Source of the DNA: Planctomycetota bacterium
GTDB lineage: Bacteria; Planctomycetota; GCA-002687715; CAIWVZ01
DNA: 64,000 nt
Assembly: GCA_044222185.1 (NCBI GenBank)
Contig: JBGANV010000001.1
Location: 832,001 to 896,000, forward strand
Direction of reading: 5' to 3'
This document shows, piece after piece, positions 59,085 through 64,000 of the stretch. The notes beneath the pieces are model-generated. The model searched no databases and had not been told where the DNA came from. It was given only the letters and a program-made list of their open reading frames with translations. Each line of letters starts with the position of its first letter. The stretch's first letter is position 1. The position numbers and the translations under genes are program-made.

Positions 59085-61061
59085 TCAGCGCGGACGGGTC
59101 GTCGACGCGAGCTGCTGGCGCGCCCACAGGATGTTGTTGGCCGCCGTCGGATGGGATGCGTCCAGCGCCAGAGCCTGCTGGCAGGCGGTGATCTCCTCTT
59201 CGAAGCGACCGAGTTCGCCCAGGCAGGAGCCCAGGTTGTTCCAGGCGACGGCCGAGCGGGGAGCGATCCTGAGTGCGTCCTGGTTCGCCTGGGCGGCATC
59301 CACGAACCGACGTTCGCGGAAGTAGTCGAGCCCGAGGGCGATGAACGTGGCCTCGCTGGGTGACGCCAGGACCGTTCTCTCCGCCGGGGACTCGGTCCGC
59401 GACGCCGCCTCGGCGGCCGAGGGAACCGTGTCTCGGGTGATTGCGGCGATCCCCGCGGCCGCCTGGGGCGCAGTGCCGGGGAATCGGAGCGCGCTCTCGA
59501 AGCGCAGGCGCGCCTCGGTCAGTCGCCCGACTCCCAGAAGCCAGCGTGCGAAGTAGAGGTCGAACTGCCGTGGCGTCGGTGCCAGCTCGATGGCTCGCCG
59601 GAAATGAACCTCGGCGTCGTCCGCGCGCCCGAGTGCGCCCTTTGCGATCCCGAGGTTGGCCTCGAGATACGGGTAGGCAGGGAGCGTGGCACGCGCGCGC
59701 TCGAACGCGTCGAGCGCCACCTGGAACCTGCCGACCGCCATCTGAGTGAGGCCCCAGTTCATGAGGCCCCGGCCGTTGTGCGGGGCCTTCGCGACGACGT
59801 CTGCCCAGAGCGACTCCTCGTCGCGCCAGACACGGTTTCGCTCCCACGTTCCGGCCGCGTACGCAATCATGAGAGCGACGACGACGAATCCGCCGATCCG
59901 ACGAAACACTCCTCCGTGGACGCCGGAGGCTCCGCACGCCAGGCCCTGGCTCGCGAGTGTGACCACCGCGAGCATCAACCCGATGTACCCCAGGAACGTG
60001 CGATGATCGTTGCGAGCCTCTGCCAGCGGTACGACGCTCGACGTCGGCAGGAGGCCGAGCAGGAACCAACCGAGGCCGAAGGCGGCAGGACGAAGCTGCG
60101 CCCTCGTCGACGTGAAGACGATCCCGGCGACGACGAGCCCGAGCGATGCCAGCCCCGCCCAAGTGCGCGGATCCGAGAAACCGGTGAAGAATGCCGTGTC
60201 ATGATCCGCGCAGAGGTCGATCGGCAGGACGAACGTGCCGACGTACCGGACGATGATCCAGGCCTGTGTCGCCGCGTAGTCCAGGCGCGACGGGCCGCCC
60301 CAGTTCATCGCAGTCCCGTGCATGGACTCCGTGAACGCGAACGCCGCCCCGCATGTCAGGAACGCCGGAAACACCGAGCGCACGACGCGAACGACGTCCC
60401 GGCGCCGCTCCCAAAGGCGCGTCAACGGGATCCCCTCCTCCACGAGCAGGGCATGCATGAAGAGGATCGGTGCATACATGGCAGCCGGCGCCTTCGCGAA
60501 TACGCCGAGGGCGGCGGGGAGCGAATGCAGGCCCCACCTGCGAATGCCGCGACCGCGTTGCCAGAGCGAGAGCGACGCAACGATCCCCGCCGTGGAGATG
60601 AGGTCGCTGCGAGCGATCACGTAGTTGAGCGTTTCCGCCGTCGCCGGATGCAGGGCGGATAGAAACGCCACCACGGCGCCGAACGTGCGGCCGTCCCCGG
60701 CGACGCCGCTGCGGCACGCGATCCACCCGGCAACGCGGGCGACGAGCCACGTCTGGAGCAGGAAGAGCACGAACATGCCCGCGTGAAACGCCCACGGCGA
60801 CAGCCCGCCCCCGATCCGATAGTCCAACGCGAGCGACGCCGTCACGAGGGGCCGGTAGGACTGGTGATCGGCGTAGATGCTGAAGGTGGCGGCGCTGCGG
60901 AAGAACTCAGGAAGGTTCGAGAGGGTCCTGATCCACGGGTTGTCGACGACGGTGTGGGAGTCGTCGAAATGGAATCCGTTGCCAAAGTGATTGGAATAGG
61001 CGACACCGAGCGCGATGGCTCCCGCTGCGACGACCAGGCTGTGGAGGGAAGGGCGCGGCAC
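59085..61061 (-). CDS. TMTC-like GT-C glycosyltransferase with C-terminal TPRs
   Basis: 'GFHFDD', 'YRPL', 'HP..AE..NY..ARSD', many TMs, 'RNRVWRDEESLW', TPRs; GTG 61061 with GGGAG RBS. Confidence 0.8.
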   Translation of the reverse strand: MPRPSLHSLVVAAGAIALGVAYSNHFGNGFHFDDSHTVVDNPWIRTLSNLPEFFRSAATFSIYADHQSYRPLVTASLALDYRIGGGLSPWAFHAGMFVLFLLQTWLVARVAGWIACRSGVAGDGRTFGAVVAFLSALHPATAETLNYVIARSDLISTAGIVASLSLWQRGRGIRRWGLHSLPAALGVFAKAPAAMYAPILFMHALLVEEGIPLTRLWERRRDVVRVVRSVFPAFLTCGAAFAFTESMHGTAMNWGGPSRLDYAATQAWIIVRYVGTFVLPIDLCADHDTAFFTGFSDPRTWAGLASLGLVVAGIVFTSTRAQLRPAAFGLGWFLLGLLPTSSVVPLAEARNDHRTFLGYIGLMLAVVTLASQGLACGASGVHGGVFRRIGGFVVVALMIAYAAGTWERNRVWRDEESLWADVVAKAPHNGRGLMNWGLTQMAVGRFQVALDAFERARATLPAYPYLEANLGIAKGALGRADDAEVHFRRAIELAPTPRQFDLYFARWLLGVGRLTEARLRFESALRFPGTAPQAAAGIAAITRDTVPSAAEAASRTESPAERTVLASPSEATFIALGLDYFRERRFVDAAQANQDALRIAPRSAVAWNNLGSCLGELGRFEEEITACQQALALDASHPTAANNILWARQQLASTTRPR

Positions 61062-61117
61062 TCGGTGGCTCCCGGATGGGCGCCGGATAGTATCCGTCAC
61101 CACCCACGATGACGATC

Positions 61118-61828
61118 ATGCGCACGCTCCTCCTCATCAGCAGCTCCAACGTCCACGGTTTCGGTTACCTCGATCACGCCGAAGAGCAGATCCGGTCGAT
61201 CATGGGCACCCGCGGCCGGACCCTCTTCGTACCCTTTGCGCTGAAAGATCGCGACGCGTACGCGACGAAGGTTCGGGAACGACTGGCGAAGATGGAAATC
61301 GCCGTGGATTCGCTCCACGAGGCGCAGAAGAAGTCGGCCGCAATCGAGGCTGCCGACGCGATCTTCATCGGCGGGGGGAACACCTTCCGACTGCTCAAGG
61401 AGCTCCAGGACCTTCGGCTTCTCGAGCCCATCGCGCGACGCGTGGCCGCCGGGATGCCCTACGTGGGCTCCAGCGCCGGCATCAACATCGCAGCCCCGAC
61501 GATCCGCACGACGAACGACATGCCGATCGTTCAACCGACGTCCTTCGGTGCATTGAACCTCGTGCCGTTTCAGATCAACCCGCACTACCTGGACCCGGAC
61601 CCGCAGTCGACGCACAAGGGCGAAACGCGGGAGCAACGGATCAAGGAATTCCACGAGGAGAACGCAGCGCCCGTCCTGGGCATTCGAGAAGGCGCCATGC
61701 TTCGGGTCGAGGGCGAAGGGATGACCCTGCGCGGAATCGCCGGCGCGCGCCTGTTCCGTCCCGGCGAGCCCCCGGCCGAGTTCGCCATCGGCGCGAACCT
61801 GGATTTCCTCCTCCGCGGGTCCGGCTGA
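61118..61828 (+). CDS. pepE: Peptidase E (S51, alpha-aspartyl dipeptidase)
   Basis: 'IFIGGGNTFRL', 'GSSAG', 'PTIRTTNDMPI', 'INPHY', 'HKGETREQRI'. Confidence 0.95.
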   Translation: MRTLLLISSSNVHGFGYLDHAEEQIRSIMGTRGRTLFVPFALKDRDAYATKVRERLAKMEIAVDSLHEAQKKSAAIEAADAIFIGGGNTFRLLKELQDLRLLEPIARRVAAGMPYVGSSAGINIAAPTIRTTNDMPIVQPTSFGALNLVPFQINPHYLDPDPQSTHKGETREQRIKEFHEENAAPVLGIREGAMLRVEGEGMTLRGIAGARLFRPGEPPAEFAIGANLDFLLRGSG

Positions 61829-61852
61829 CGCGTTCCTCCGACCGCTCGTTTC

Positions 61853-62758
61853 ATGGCGTCACCGACACGGCATGGCCCCGCGGGGCTCCTCCTCCTGGAC
61901 AAGGCTCGAGGTCCGACCAGCCGGCAGGTGATGAATCGACTGGAGCGGTCGCTTGGGATCTGGCCAATCGGTCACGCGGGGACGCTGGATCCGCTGGCCT
62001 CGGGCCTCCTCGTTGCACTGATCGGCGGAGCGCGTCGCATGCAGGAGTTTCTGACGGGCAAGGCCAAGCGGTATCGCGCGACGATCCGCTTCGGGGTCGT
62101 CTCGGAGACCCTCGACGGCGAGAGCGAGGCAATTGCCACTGGGCGAGTGCCAACGGCTCTCGCGGCCGAAGATGCTCGCGGACTCCTGTCTCGCTTCCTC
62201 GGTCCCCAGCTTCAAGTTCCTCCGATCTACTCGGCACTCCGCGTCAAGGGTCGGCGAGCCTACGACCTGGCGCGCCGGGGCCGCGAGGCGGAGATGACGG
62301 CGCGTCCGATCGAGGTCCATTCGATCGACCTGGTCGGGTTCACGCCAGAGCGCTGGATCGTGGACATCCTCTGCAGCGCCGGGACGTACATCCGTAGCCT
62401 GGCGCGCGACATCGGAGAAGCCGCAGGCTGCGGCGCGATCCTCGAGGATCTGCGCCGCACGGGCAGCGGAGAATTCGACGTGGAGGCGGCGCACGATCCG
62501 GAAACGGTCACGCGCGCGAGCATCGTGCCCCTGTCGGCTGCGTTGGGATCCGAAGGGCGGATCGACGTGACGGGCGAGGACATCCGCCTGCTTCGCGCCG
62601 GTGACATCATCATGCCGCAGGGGTGGTGCGATCCGGCGAAGACGTGGTTCGCGTGGGTGGACGGCCGGCCGTGCTTTCGGCTGAAATTCACATCGCCCGG
62701 GTTTGCCCGGAGCGACCTGATGCTCGAGGACCCGACCGTTCCGCGCTCAACCGAGTGA
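61853..62758 (+). CDS. truB: tRNA pseudouridine-55 synthase
   Basis: 'GHAGTLDPLASGLL', 'QVPPIYSA', 'CSAGTYIRSLARDIG'. Confidence 0.93.
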   Translation: MASPTRHGPAGLLLLDKARGPTSRQVMNRLERSLGIWPIGHAGTLDPLASGLLVALIGGARRMQEFLTGKAKRYRATIRFGVVSETLDGESEAIATGRVPTALAAEDARGLLSRFLGPQLQVPPIYSALRVKGRRAYDLARRGREAEMTARPIEVHSIDLVGFTPERWIVDILCSAGTYIRSLARDIGEAAGCGAILEDLRRTGSGEFDVEAAHDPETVTRASIVPLSAALGSEGRIDVTGEDIRLLRAGDIIMPQGWCDPAKTWFAWVDGRPCFRLKFTSPGFARSDLMLEDPTVPRSTE

Positions 62759-64000
62759 ACGCATGACGAGATCGGGGAACGCGGCGGCCGGGAACGTGCC
62801 CGTGCAGCCGCGCAGGAGCGCGGGATCGGAGACGAGGAGCACCGGTCCCAGCTCCGGACGCGCCGCGCGCCGCCCGTGCGAGCCCCGGATGATCGACGCG
62901 TCGAGTCCGACGAGGTCGAACACGGTTCTGAACCCGCAGAGCTTGCGCGCCAGCTTCATCGCGGCGCGAAGCTTGGGCGCGGTGAGCGTGGGATCGAAGA
63001 ACAGCTCCGCCGGGTCATACCCCGGCTTGCGGTGGATGTCGACGCACCGTGCGAAGTCCGGCGCGCGGCGATCGTCGAGCCAGTAGTAGTAGGTGAACCA
63101 GGCGTCGGGTTCGCTGACGAGCACGAACTCGCCGGAACGCGCGTGGTCGAGGCCTTCGCGCCGCTTTCCGTCTTCATCGAGGACCTCGGCGACGCCCGGA
63201 AGCCGTTCGAGCACGTCGCGCGTCCGGGAGAGATCCCTCGAGTCCCGCACGTAGACGTGGGCGATCTGGTGGTCGGCGACGGCGAACGCACGCGACGCGA
63301 CGGGGTCGAGAAGCTCACCGTCCTCGTCGCGCACGATCAGGAGGCCCGCCTCGCGCAGCGCGCGGTTTGGATGTACGGGGCGCGAGACCGGATCGATCCC
63401 ATATTCGGAGAAGACGATCGCGGTCGCGCCGTCGCAAAGGCAATCCTCGATCAACGGGCCCACCTGACCGTCCACGGCGCGAAGGGCCTCGCGTGAGCGC
63501 GGATCGTCGGGCCCATATCGCTGGAGGTCATAGTCCAGATGGGGGACGTAGACGCTGAGTACGGAAGGGGCCTTTTGGTCCCAGACGTGCCGCGCCGCCT
63601 CGACGATCCACCGGGAGGAAGGAAGCCCCGCACCCGGTCCCCAGAACTGGAACAAGGGGAACTGCCCCAGGCTCGACTGGAGTTCCGCGCGAAGCTCCGA
63701 TGGTTGCGTCCAGATGTCTGGGAGCTTGCGTCCATCGGCTTTGTACTGGGGTCGGGGAGTCACGCACCAGGTCGACGGCGCCCCCATGGCGTACCAGAGG
63801 AACATCCGGGCGACCGTGGATCCGGGGCGCTCGCGCAGAATGCGCGCATGCACGTCTTCCGCCTGGACCAGTCCGAACGATTGCCTCCAAAGCCAGATCT
63901 CCTGCAGCTCGCGGAAGAACCAGCCGTTGCCGACGATCCCATGCTCGCGAGGCAACCGGCCCGTGAGGAGGGTCGCCTGCGACGAGCACGTGAGCGCGGG
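62747..64000 (-). CDS. Alkaline-phosphatase-superfamily nucleotide pyrophosphatase/phosphodiesterase, EboF-like (5' end lies outside the window)
   Basis: Frame open to the window edge: 'PALTCSSQATLLTG..HGIVGNGW', 'YVPHLDY', 'SEYGI', 'DHQIAH', 'VDIHRKPGYDPAELF', 'GSHG'. Confidence 0.85.
   Translation of the reverse strand, partial: PALTCSSQATLLTGRLPREHGIVGNGWFFRELQEIWLWRQSFGLVQAEDVHARILRERPGSTVARMFLWYAMGAPSTWCVTPRPQYKADGRKLPDIWTQPSELRAELQSSLGQFPLFQFWGPGAGLPSSRWIVEAARHVWDQKAPSVLSVYVPHLDYDLQRYGPDDPRSREALRAVDGQVGPLIEDCLCDGATAIVFSEYGIDPVSRPVHPNRALREAGLLIVRDEDGELLDPVASRAFAVADHQIAHVYVRDSRDLSRTRDVLERLPGVAEVLDEDGKRREGLDHARSGEFVLVSEPDAWFTYYYWLDDRRAPDFARCVDIHRKPGYDPAELFFDPTLTAPKLRAAMKLARKLCGFRTVFDLVGLDASIIRGSHGRRAARPELGPVLLVSDPALLRGCTGTFPAAAFPDLVMRSLG

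Overview
High-GC bacterial chromosomal segment, densely coding (about 52 genes). I saw no rRNA, tRNA, CRISPR array, transposase or phage genes. Gene context (kdsB-pyrG-DUF1844, futalosine-pathway mqnC, many large secreted proteins) suggests a Planctomycetota-like diderm; this is inference. Housekeeping blocks: gcvT-H-PA-PB with a lipoate ligase, kdsB-pyrG, trxA-nrnA-pepA-LonN-TatD, rsmG, truB, pepE, and a lexA-imuA-imuB-dnaE2 mutagenesis cassette. Most notable observations: (1) a shared ~125-145 aa domain ending in 'IP..P.hhG....LQ....(S/T)NG(L/I)' at the C-terminus of three unrelated secreted proteins and in two others, a candidate lineage-specific sorting/anchoring domain; (2) a DUF4388-TPR-TM-PEGA-beta-propeller receptor translationally coupled to a tail-anchored MglA-like protein lacking the nucleotide-binding motifs; (3) an ECF sigma/anti-sigma pair followed by a candidate ~145-nt structured sRNA with a near-identical ECF promoter and its own terminator; (4) a 1806-aa double alpha/beta-hydrolase + CHAT (caspase-like) protein; (5) an E. 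coli-type LexA with CTG-N10-CAG boxes; (6) a degenerate FetAB-like ABC pair, REP-like repeats and a DUF3303 pseudogene. All family calls come from motif recognition by eye; no searches were run.
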